Of a stretch of 15,145 bases of DNA, positions 1-7,711 are shown piece by piece. Each line of letters opens with the position of its first letter. Positions within the stretch are counted from its first letter, which is position 1. Made by a program: the position numbers and the translations under genes. Below the pieces are notes generated by a model that saw only the letters and a list, made by a program, of their open reading frames with translations, was not told the origin of the DNA and did not search any database. This stretch comes from Oligoflexus sp. (lineage in GTDB: Bacteria > Bdellovibrionota_B > Oligoflexia > Oligoflexales > Oligoflexaceae), in contig JBGSTX010000068.1 in NCBI GenBank assembly GCA_041736305.1, forward strand, positions 1 through 15,145. The letters run 5' to 3'.

Positions 1-1
1 T

Positions 2-616
2 CAGGCGCTCACGGCTGCTCATTGTTTGGGGGATCCAGCACAAGCTGATGTGCCGCTGTTTATTATGCATCCCGAATTGGCCGGAGACGGAGGCGCTCCC
101 AAAGTTCGCGCAGTCGCGCAGGCTGTGCGGGCCCATGTTCACCCTCAATATGAGCCGGCCAGAACAGATGAGTTGAGTTCCTTCGATCTGGCGGTACTGG
201 ATTTCCCGACGGGCACGGCTCCATCGAGCCTCAATCTAGGCACTGCCAGCCCCCCTCTTAATTCCAAAGTCACTCTCGTCGGCTATGGAACCCACGAGGC
301 CCTCAGCGGAGGAAGCCAGAGCGCGCGGAGGCCGAGCAACAAACGCTATGGCAGCAATACAGTTCGCAGCTGCAAGCAGGGCTTTCTGAGTCTCACAGGC
401 CTGACCCAAGGCAGAGATTCGCTGCCGCAAGGTCAGCAGGTTGCAACGGCATCAGGCGATTCGGGGAGTCCCTGGCTCCACGATGGCCAACTGGTGAGTG
501 TAACGATAGGCTCGAAAATTCAGCGACTCGCTCAGGGTAAGGAACTAAACCTAACTTACGCAGTTGACCTCCACAGTCCCAGCAGCAAGGATTTTCTTAA
601 CAATACGATCGATTGA
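2..616 (+). CDS. Trypsin/chymotrypsin-fold (S1) serine protease, 5'-truncated by the window edge
   Basis: The frame is open from nt 2 and reads QALTAAHCLGD (catalytic His motif TAAHC, codon 20-22, upstream of the track's TTG start at 26). It also has SFDLAVL (catalytic Asp) and ASGDSGSPW (catalytic Ser, GDSG). Stop TGA at 614-616. Confidence 0.9.
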   Translation, partial: QALTAAHCLGDPAQADVPLFIMHPELAGDGGAPKVRAVAQAVRAHVHPQYEPARTDELSSFDLAVLDFPTGTAPSSLNLGTASPPLNSKVTLVGYGTHEALSGGSQSARRPSNKRYGSNTVRSCKQGFLSLTGLTQGRDSLPQGQQVATASGDSGSPWLHDGQLVSVTIGSKIQRLAQGKELNLTYAVDLHSPSSKDFLNNTID

Positions 617-629
617 TCAAGCCCCGCGT

Positions 630-649
630 GCGGGCTCGTCAGAGCCCGC
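630..649 (+). terminator. GC-rich hairpin after the protease gene (possible terminator or stability element)
   Basis: GCGGGCTC-GTCA-GAGCCCGC is a perfect 8-bp stem 13 nt after the stop. There is no clean U-tract, so the terminator role is uncertain. Confidence 0.35.
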
Positions 650-769
650 TCCAGCCCTTCTAACGCTAATTAGCCGTAGCCAGCCGACTTCCGACAATCT
701 ATACGGTCAAAGGACCCATCACGAGGTAGGTGATTTGTCCCTCTTGAAGGTGAAGGAGGCTTTTTGGCA

Positions 770-2638
770 ATGAGATCTTGGTCACGCGTCGCGCTCCACT
801 GTCTGAGTGTCCTCGTCATCTTTCAGCTTCTTCGCCTGCTATTCTGGTGGCAAAACCAGCTCCAGTTTCCCTTGGACGCAGACTCGCCTCTCCTGGGCAT
901 TTGGCTAGAGGGTCTTCGCTATGACCTCTCAACGATCGCCCTCTGCAATGCTCTGCCCTATCTCTGCTATCTCGCGCCGCTGCCGATGAGTTTTCGCGTT
1001 TGGCAAAGTCGTCTGGCTATCCTGCTGACTAGCGTCGTCAACAGTCTTGCGCTCGGTCTCAACCTCGGCGACATCGAGTACTATAAGTTTACCGGCAAAC
1101 GTCTGACGCGCGACTCTCTCGCTATCGCCCAGGACATTGAAGAACAGGCGGGAAGTATCTTCAGCTACTACTGGCACTATAGCCTTATCCTCGTTCTGCT
1201 CTGCGTGCTTTCGTACTGGCTGGCCCGCAAATTCTTTGCCGTGACTCAGCGCGTAAAGGGCGAGGCTGTCTGGCAGCGGACTCTGAGCTCCGTCCTTACT
1301 CTAGCGCTGATAATTCTATGCGCTCGCGGAGGTTTGCAGCTGAAGCCGCTGATTCCCGCCCAGGCGATGGCCCTAGGGCGGCCCGGGACTCTGGCGCTCA
1401 ACAGCGCCTTCACTCTCCTGCGCTCCTCGGGGAAAAGCAGTCTAACGAAAGTTAAATTTTTTACCGAAGCCGATCTCAAAGAGCAGCTGCCCAAGCCGCT
1501 TCCTCCCGCTCCTTACGCGGCAGGAGTGCGACCGAAAAACGTCGTTTTGGTCATACTGGAGAGCTTTGCCAAAGAATATGTTGAAGCGTCGCCTGGACGC
1601 CCATCCTATGCACCCTTCCTCAATAGCCTGCTGCAGAAAGGTAGCAGCTTTCCTCTAGCTTTTGCCAACGGTCGCCGATCGATCGATGCTTTGCCAGCAA
1701 TTCTTGCCTCGATTCCGGCCTGGATGGACGCATCCTTCATCACTTCGCCCTATCAGACCAACCACGTTCTGGGTTTCGCAGAAGTTCTCAACCAAGGGGG
1801 ATGGAAGACGAGTTTCTATCACGGCGGGAAAAACGGCACCATGTTCTTCGACATCATGGCAAGGCAGTTCGGCTTTCAACGCTACCTCGGCGCGAGTGAG
1901 TATCCGCATGCTGCCGATTCCGATGGTCAGTGGGGCATTTTTGACGAGCCTTTTCTGCAGTGGGTTCTTAAAGACCTGGATAAACAGGAAGGGCCTTTTA
2001 TTGGCACCGTCTTCACGCTCACTTCTCATCATCCTTACCGGATTCCACCTGCCTACGAGGGTCGTTTCCCAAAAGGCACTCTCGAAATTCATGAAAGCAT
2101 CGCTTACGCCGACTATGCTCTTCAGCGATTTTATGAGGAGGCCCAGAAAAAACCCTGGTTTCCTGATACTCTCTTTATCTTCACCGCCGATCACACTTCA
2201 AAATCTGATAATCCGCTTTATGAGAACGCCAGCGGTCACTTTGCTGTCCCTTTGCTCTTTATTCAAAACGATAGACCGCTTCCCCTCTTGGGTCTCGAAA
2301 GCCCCGCTCAGCATACCGATATCGGTCCGACCGTGCTCGACATCCTGGGCATTGAGCCTCGTGCACACTCCCCTTTTGGGACTAGTCTCCTGCGCAAGCC
2401 ATCGCGCCCGGGAGTTGTGCTGCTGGAAGGGGGGACTTATCATCTCATCACTCCGAGCGAGGTCTGGCAGTGGGCGCCGGAGCTAAGAGCTCAACGCTTT
2501 GCCTGGAAGCAAAACCCTGCGCTGCAAAGCCCGCTGCCCTTGCCGGATGCATATGAGCTCACCCCCGAGATGCTTTTTCTAAAAGCTCAGCTGCAGGCCT
2601 TTAACAATGGGATGGTCGACGATCATTTGATCTGGTAA
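770..2638 (+). CDS. LTA synthase (LtaS)-family membrane sulfatase / phosphoglycerol transferase-like protein
   Basis: About five N-terminal hydrophobic helices are followed by an alkaline-phosphatase-superfamily domain: KNVVLVILESF (metal Glu), NGRRSIDA (nucleophile position), TSHHPY, FIFTADH, QHTDIGPTVLD. AGGAGG RBS at 754-759. ATG at 770 is preferred over TTG at 764. Confidence 0.9.
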   Translation: MRSWSRVALHCLSVLVIFQLLRLLFWWQNQLQFPLDADSPLLGIWLEGLRYDLSTIALCNALPYLCYLAPLPMSFRVWQSRLAILLTSVVNSLALGLNLGDIEYYKFTGKRLTRDSLAIAQDIEEQAGSIFSYYWHYSLILVLLCVLSYWLARKFFAVTQRVKGEAVWQRTLSSVLTLALIILCARGGLQLKPLIPAQAMALGRPGTLALNSAFTLLRSSGKSSLTKVKFFTEADLKEQLPKPLPPAPYAAGVRPKNVVLVILESFAKEYVEASPGRPSYAPFLNSLLQKGSSFPLAFANGRRSIDALPAILASIPAWMDASFITSPYQTNHVLGFAEVLNQGGWKTSFYHGGKNGTMFFDIMARQFGFQRYLGASEYPHAADSDGQWGIFDEPFLQWVLKDLDKQEGPFIGTVFTLTSHHPYRIPPAYEGRFPKGTLEIHESIAYADYALQRFYEEAQKKPWFPDTLFIFTADHTSKSDNPLYENASGHFAVPLLFIQNDRPLPLLGLESPAQHTDIGPTVLDILGIEPRAHSPFGTSLLRKPSRPGVVLLEGGTYHLITPSEVWQWAPELRAQRFAWKQNPALQSPLPLPDAYELTPEMLFLKAQLQAFNNGMVDDHLIW

Positions 2639-2677
2639 AAAATCCAGAGAAGCTTTTGACTCGCATGGGAGGTAAAA

Positions 2678-3778
2678 ATGCTTGGTGCCGTACGCGCTTT
2701 ATCTTGGTCTCGAGACGCCGAATTTAAGATCCGCTCTTGGGTCGATCAGGGTCTGAGCCCGAACTGGTCGCCTTCCACTGCTTTCGGGTCGGCGCTAGCC
2801 GAGCCACTCCAGAGTCTGAATTTCGACAAAAGTGGGCTGCTGCTGCGCTGGGAAGAACGTCGCTTCAAGGCCAGCGCAAGAGTGGGCGAGGTAATCTATA
2901 AATCTCTGTCTCATATGGCTAGAAGGTGGTTGAAGGCGAAAGTTCATGAAGTTGAAATAAGTGGTGGCAAAGTCCGCTACTGGAAGACTTCCATGGGCCG
3001 TCCGGAGACTATACTCTTCTTTCATGGCTTCGGCGACAGCATGGACGGCGTCTATCCTCTCGCCCATCGCATGGTCGATAAGTTCGACTGGATCGTACCT
3101 GATCTTCCTGGTTTTGGGCAGAGCTTCAAACGCAACGATCTTCCCCATAATCACGACGCCTATCGCATTTGGTTGGGCGAGTTGGTCGATGCGGCGAAAA
3201 TGGGACCCGTGCACGTGGTCGGCAATTCTCTTGGCGGCGCCTTCAGCATCATGCTGGCTCAGGAGAGACCCGATCTGGTCAAGTCGCTGACGCTTTTGAA
3301 CACCGCGGCTGTCACCGACTTCAAAGCGATTTCACTCTACGACGAGCTCTTGGCCGGAAAGATCCTCTTCCAGATCAAAACGCGAACCGATTTCGATGCG
3401 TTCTGGGCTCGGATCTTTGAGAAAGGCCCCTACCTGCCTCCTCTCATTCGGGACTATTTTTTGCTGGAGTTCCAGAACAATCACGAATGGTATGGATATC
3501 TCGTCAAGCAGATCTTCAACGAGGTCACGCATCGTCGTGATCCTCGCTACAAAGATCTCTTTTTGAATCAGTATCTGCCGAAGCTGAAAGTACCGTCGCT
3601 CATTATCTGGGGGGCAGAGGACCGACTCTTTCCCCAGGCTTTTGGTGAGCGAGCTCACAAGCTGCTGCGCAACAGTCGCTTCGTCGTTCTCGATGGCATC
3701 GGCCATGCGCCGCAGGTAGAGGCGCCGGCCTTGGTGGCCAAACACCTCAATGAATTTATTGCCAGCCTCAAGGCCTGA
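2678..3778 (+). CDS. Alpha/beta fold hydrolase (lipase/esterase-like)
   Basis: Motifs FHGFG (oxyanion hole), PDLPGFGQS, GNSLGG (nucleophile elbow), WGAEDR (acid) and GIGHAP (His). GGAGGT RBS at 2668-2673. Confidence 0.9.
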   Translation: MLGAVRALSWSRDAEFKIRSWVDQGLSPNWSPSTAFGSALAEPLQSLNFDKSGLLLRWEERRFKASARVGEVIYKSLSHMARRWLKAKVHEVEISGGKVRYWKTSMGRPETILFFHGFGDSMDGVYPLAHRMVDKFDWIVPDLPGFGQSFKRNDLPHNHDAYRIWLGELVDAAKMGPVHVVGNSLGGAFSIMLAQERPDLVKSLTLLNTAAVTDFKAISLYDELLAGKILFQIKTRTDFDAFWARIFEKGPYLPPLIRDYFLLEFQNNHEWYGYLVKQIFNEVTHRRDPRYKDLFLNQYLPKLKVPSLIIWGAEDRLFPQAFGERAHKLLRNSRFVVLDGIGHAPQVEAPALVAKHLNEFIASLKA

Positions 3779-3781
3779 GTC

Positions 3782-4201
3782 TCACCAGGTTCCTGTGTTC
3801 GGCATCGAGATCCAGGGTTCGGCCGGAGGCAAGCTCGGGCCCTTTTGCAAAAGTTCGATCGAGATATCATCGGGAGAGCGAACGAAAGCCATACGCCCAT
3901 CGCGCGGTGGTCGGCTGATCGTCACTCCACCTGATCGCAGGCGCTCGCAGGACTCGTAGATATTTTCGACTTCGAAGGCGAGGTGACCGAAGTTTCGTGC
4001 CGTCCCGTAGGTCTCCGGTACGTCCCAGTTATAGGTGAGCTCAAGCTCTGGCTCACCGGGGGCCGTGGCGAGATAGATCAGAGAGAAACGCCCTGCTTCA
4101 TTGTCGTAACGGCGTGTCTCAACCATCCCCAACAGTTTTTCATAGAATTCTAAAGACTTTTTGACGTCGCGAACGCGTACCATACTGTGCAGATATTTCA
4201 T
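3782..4201 (-). CDS. gloA: Lactoylglutathione lyase (glyoxalase I), VOC family
   Basis: [39 protein letters not shown] and IELLQ supply the His/Glu/His/Glu metal ligand set of short bacterial glyoxalase I. An AGGAG RBS lies upstream on the minus strand. Confidence 0.88.
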   Translation of the reverse strand: MKYLHSMVRVRDVKKSLEFYEKLLGMVETRRYDNEAGRFSLIYLATAPGEPELELTYNWDVPETYGTARNFGHLAFEVENIYESCERLRSGGVTISRPPRDGRMAFVRSPDDISIELLQKGPSLPPAEPWISMPNTGTW

Positions 4202-4293
4202 TATTTTTGTCTCCTGGCTGACTCTAGCTGGGCTAGGGGGAGTCCAACCCGGGCGAAGCTAGCACAGGCCTTGGATTCGAGGCAAAAACAAAT

Positions 4294-5580
4294 CTACTTA
4301 TTTGGTGGCAGGAGTGCAGGGCGATGTCCCTGCTTTTTGCACCAGCGAAGCACCATGCTGGTCTGCTCGGCTTTGCCGTCCCAGGAGAGCGAGCGGCGCG
4401 CAAACGCTTGCCCTGCTTCTGACAGTCTCTTCAGTTCCTTGCGATCTCCATCCAAACTCTCGAGTATTTTCGTAATATGCTGCTCACTGCTTTTCTCATC
4501 GCTGAGAGGAACTTTGAAGCCGATTGCACTGTGAACGATGTCGCCCGGTCCCCCGTAATCGGAGACGATAGGTACTGCACCGCAAGCCAGGGCCTCAAAA
4601 ACCACTCCGCCCCCAAACTCACGTATGCTCGGAAAAACCAGAACATCGGCAGCTGCTACTCGCTCGATCGCCTCGCTGTGCGAGAGACTGCCGGTAAACG
4701 TCACCGCCTCGTTGATACCTAGCTCGCGGCACAAGCGCTCAAGATACGCTCGCTCAGGACCATCACCCACGATCGTAAAGCGAGCTCGTTGCTTGAGGAT
4801 GAGGGGGGCGGAGGCTTTGAGTGCTAAATCGCAGGCTTTATAAGGTACCAATCGACCGATGAAAAGCAGTTCGAGCGGATCATGATTTTCCGCTGATTCG
4901 GCTTTGCTGCGAATCATATCTTCCCGAATACCGTTCTCAGGAATAAAAAACAGTTTGTGCGCATACTGCCGATATTCAGCATAGGTCTGGGAAGACCCGA
5001 CGATGATAGCGCTAGCATAGCGGAAAGTGGCTCGGGAAAAAGGCAGAAAGCGATAGAGAAAACGCAGGTTCGATATCCACTCGCGCTGGCGCTCGGCCTG
5101 GGCAAAGCCCTTAGGCCAGGGCAGACCACCATTGATAGGCCCGATCACAAAAGGTAATGGACCGCGCCGCAGACAATAGGCCATAACACTGGTGAGAACG
5201 GGAGCAACCGGCGTAACGCGGAGGCAGATATCAAAGTCTCCGGCCCGAATCCGCTGCCTCATGAGACTCCAGGTTTTCCATTCGAAGGCCCAGTAGAAGG
5301 GTATGCGCACGGCCGTCAGGGCCTGACTCCCGTAATCGTATTTGAAGACGACCCGCATCAACCAGGCAAAGAGACTATCGATGCGTCCTAATTCGATACC
5401 AACGATTTCTTTGTAATCGCTGCAATGACGAGCGATGGCTTCACAATTCTCGGCATGGGTGACGAGAGTGACCTCATGCAAACGAGCGAGCGCAGCGCAA
5501 TGTTGATAGCCGACTAAGGGTACGCTCACCCACTCCGGATTATTTTGCTCGGCTAGGAGCAGGATTCGCAATGGCTTCAT
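4294..5580 (-). CDS. Glycosyltransferase family 4 (GT-B fold)
   Basis: Motifs LLFIGRLVPYKA, IVGDGPER and FPSIREFGGGVVFEALACG (E-x7-E). The start overlaps the stop of the upstream GT as ATGA at 5577-5580. Confidence 0.92.
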   Translation of the reverse strand: MKPLRILLLAEQNNPEWVSVPLVGYQHCAALARLHEVTLVTHAENCEAIARHCSDYKEIVGIELGRIDSLFAWLMRVVFKYDYGSQALTAVRIPFYWAFEWKTWSLMRQRIRAGDFDICLRVTPVAPVLTSVMAYCLRRGPLPFVIGPINGGLPWPKGFAQAERQREWISNLRFLYRFLPFSRATFRYASAIIVGSSQTYAEYRQYAHKLFFIPENGIREDMIRSKAESAENHDPLELLFIGRLVPYKACDLALKASAPLILKQRARFTIVGDGPERAYLERLCRELGINEAVTFTGSLSHSEAIERVAAADVLVFPSIREFGGGVVFEALACGAVPIVSDYGGPGDIVHSAIGFKVPLSDEKSSEQHITKILESLDGDRKELKRLSEAGQAFARRSLSWDGKAEQTSMVLRWCKKQGHRPALLPPNK

Positions 5581-6785
5581 CGGGCCGATCCCCCTTGCTG
5601 CTCCGGTCGGCTGATATTCTCGTAGAGCTGACGGGCAAAGCCCAGAGCCGAAAAACTCTTTTCGGCTTTGATGCGTGCCTTCTGACCCATGCGCAGGCGG
5701 AGCTCGGGATCTTCCGCTAGTTCGATGAAAGCTTTTGCAAAGCCATCGATATCTTCCTGCGCAATAAGATAGCCATCCTGCTGCGGCTCTATCAATTCGG
5801 GCGTGCCTCCGATAATCGATGAAATCGCCGGTAAAGCGCAGGCCATCGCTTCCATAACGGAGACCGGAGCTGCTTCGCCAAGTCCGACGCTCGAGAGCAC
5901 AAAAGCATCAGCTCCCTGTAGATAGGCCATGACCTCAGTCTCTCCCGCTGTCCCGACCAACTCGACCGCGGCTTCCAGCCCGAGTCTGCGAACTTCAGCC
6001 TCAATGTTCGCGCGCTCTTCGCCTTCACCGACGATCGTATAGCTCATATTGTGTCCGGCCTGGATGGCCTTCTTCAAAGCTCCGAGCGCATAGATGTGAC
6101 CTTTGCATGCTGCGAGGCGGGCGACCGTAATGAGGCGAAGCTGACCTTTCTCCCCAAGTCCCTTTGGCAAAGGTCTGAAGCGCTGCGTATCGACTCCCAT
6201 GCGGATCACAGGTAGACGAGTGAGAGGTAGGCCGCAGTATTCTTCGACCTGCTTTTGCAAAGCATAGGTGACGACGGCGACGAAGCGGGCTTCGGCAAAT
6301 TTCGCGCGATGACCTGTCCCGTATACCGGCAGATCACCATGCAGGGTGAGACTGAAAGGGAGCTGACCGCTGAGCGAAGCGAGAGCCAGCAGATGAGCTA
6401 CGTCAGCGCAGCTATGTCCGTGAACATGATCGAGGCCTGTCTCGGCCGCGTAAAGCAGAAGCTCCATAGCGCAGAGTGCGAGACCGAGGAGGCGCAAGCG
6501 CTGCTTCAGAGTCGTGTTTTCGACTCGCATAATATACATCAGCATGCGTAGGATCAGCAAAGGGCGCAGGGCGAGGCCCAAGAGAGTCGGCACGATGCGG
6601 GGAGGAAAGAGGTAACGAGTTCGTCTCTGCGCATCGGCGGCAAAAGCATGGCGACTAGCTTGCGCGGGACGGCGCGTGGAAAGGAGGACGACTTCGGCCC
6701 CGAGACTGCGCAAAGCCTCGATTTCTCGCCAGAAGAAAACGTGGGTCTGGGCAGGAAATTCGGGAACCAGATATCCGATCCGCAT
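5577..6785 (-). CDS. Glycosyltransferase family 4, WcaL-like / exopolysaccharide biosynthesis type
   Basis: N-terminus MRIGYLVPEFPAQTHVFFWREI, plus HVHGH, TVARLAACKG and GEAAPVSVMEAMAC (E-x7-E). From memory the N-terminus resembles myxobacterial EpsE-type GT4s (not verified). An alternative start at 6809 also has a GGAG upstream. Confidence 0.9.
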   Translation of the reverse strand: MRIGYLVPEFPAQTHVFFWREIEALRSLGAEVVLLSTRRPAQASRHAFAADAQRRTRYLFPPRIVPTLLGLALRPLLILRMLMYIMRVENTTLKQRLRLLGLALCAMELLLYAAETGLDHVHGHSCADVAHLLALASLSGQLPFSLTLHGDLPVYGTGHRAKFAEARFVAVVTYALQKQVEEYCGLPLTRLPVIRMGVDTQRFRPLPKGLGEKGQLRLITVARLAACKGHIYALGALKKAIQAGHNMSYTIVGEGEERANIEAEVRRLGLEAAVELVGTAGETEVMAYLQGADAFVLSSVGLGEAAPVSVMEAMACALPAISSIIGGTPELIEPQQDGYLIAQEDIDGFAKAFIELAEDPELRLRMGQKARIKAEKSFSALGFARQLYENISRPEQQGGSAR

Positions 6786-6870
6786 CGCTTCTCGCTCCCT
6801 ATGTCTCATCCTTGTTCTCCGCTTCCGCTACGTTCGCGCCTGAGTTAGGGGCATTTCGCGACAGGACTTG

Positions 6871-7389
6871 TTAAATATCAAAGCCAATGCCGGCCTGTGC
6901 TTCGGTATTTTTGGACTCAATGAGAAGATTGAGCGCGAGATAGCCGTAGAAGGCTGGCTTGCCGAAAAACAATCCACCGCCGACGAAGGGCCCACCCAGA
7001 CCAACGCCACCGTCGGTGTCGTCACCGACTTCAACCCCCGTACTGGCCCCCATGCCCAGCTGTAGATAGGGAGCGATGCCGCCGGTGGAAAAGCGGTACT
7101 TGAAATTTATATCGCCCGCAGCTGCGACCCCGACTTTATCGTCGTCTGTGTCGACTTCGTCCTTATCGTCATCAGCTTCAGCATTGGCATCGAGCCAGCC
7201 GATTCCCACCTCAAAATTCCACTGGCTCCCCCAGTAGAGGAAGTTGACACCAAACTTACTGTTCATGGGGTTGTGGTAGCCGAGATTCAGTGTCCAGTTA
7301 GCCTCTGCCACTGAGCTCATAAAGAGAGCTGGCCATGCGCATAAGGTGAGTGATAAAAGCCAAAGCTGTCTGGGGGCGGGAAAGCTCAT
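6871..7389 (-). CDS. Small outer-membrane beta-barrel protein (probably 8-stranded), function unknown
   Basis: ATG at 7389 is preceded by GAGGAGG (7394-7400, minus strand), so the true start is probably later than the track's 7470. It has a Sec signal peptide ending AEA, alternating Gly/aromatic amphipathic strands (WTLNLGY, FGVNFLY, FEVGIGW, INFKYRF, PYLQLGMG, FVGGGLFF, YGYLALN) and a C-terminal strand QAGIGFDI. Confidence 0.75.
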   Translation of the reverse strand: MSFPAPRQLWLLSLTLCAWPALFMSSVAEANWTLNLGYHNPMNSKFGVNFLYWGSQWNFEVGIGWLDANAEADDDKDEVDTDDDKVGVAAAGDINFKYRFSTGGIAPYLQLGMGASTGVEVGDDTDGGVGLGGPFVGGGLFFGKPAFYGYLALNLLIESKNTEAQAGIGFDI

Positions 7390-7588
7390 AAAGCCTCCTC
7401 TGCTGCTAAAAAGTAATGTTTTCAACGGGTCGATGCATAAAAGCCTAATGCCTGCGGCACGATTTTGCAAACTCTATCGCCACGAAAAACACGATTTGCA
7501 TGCTTAAGCCGATTTCTGCCATTGATCGACTATTCGTTGGCCTTAGCCTCTAATTTCAGGGGGTTTTATCCCGTCTCAAGAAAGTCTC

Positions 7589-7615
7589 TCAAGCTTTTAT
7601 CGGACCTGCCGATAA
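7589..7615 (+). promoter_or_regulatory. Sigma-28 (FliA)-type promoter for the vWA lipoprotein gene
   Basis: TCAA (7589-7592)-N15-GCCGATAA (7608-7615): a perfect -10 element and canonical spacing versus the TAAA-N15-GCCGATAA consensus, about 100 nt upstream of ATG 7712. Confidence 0.75.
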
Positions 7616-7711
7616 GTTAGTAGGTTTTCTGCAGGTTTGAGGTGGTGAAAGTGATCAGTTTTTTGTCACCTCTCCAATGAGTCAAAAAGCAACACAAGGG
7701 AGCTAGCATAG

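Noticed and set aside
1662..2486. 274-aa alternative-frame ORF inside the LtaS-family gene, plus the antisense ORF 1655..2194
   Set aside because: Both are fully nested in a well-supported CDS, with no RBS or recognisable motifs. They look like shadow ORFs.
4220..4244. Bulged hairpin between the GT4 gene and gloA
   Set aside because: The stem is short and interrupted with no U-tract, so it cannot be distinguished from chance.
6845..6871. Possible sigma-28 promoter for the GT4 pair (ACAAG-N14-GCCCCTAA, minus strand)
   Set aside because: The spacing fits, but the conserved CGA core of the -10 element is missing.
7390..7470. Track's longer N-terminus for the barrel ORF (TTG at 7470)
   Set aside because: The strong RBS and the signal peptide both point to ATG 7389.
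7455..7483. Sigma-54-like sequences CGGCACGATTTTGCA (+) and TGGCGATAGAGTTTGCA (-)
   Set aside because: GG-to-GC spacing is 9 and 11 nt respectively, whereas sigma-54 needs 10.
7637..7678. Imperfect hairpin in the vWA gene leader considered as a riboswitch (for example c-di-GMP)
   Set aside because: Pairing is only partial (GGTGA/TCACC) and no conserved riboswitch motifs are recognisable. An Infernal/Rfam scan would settle it.
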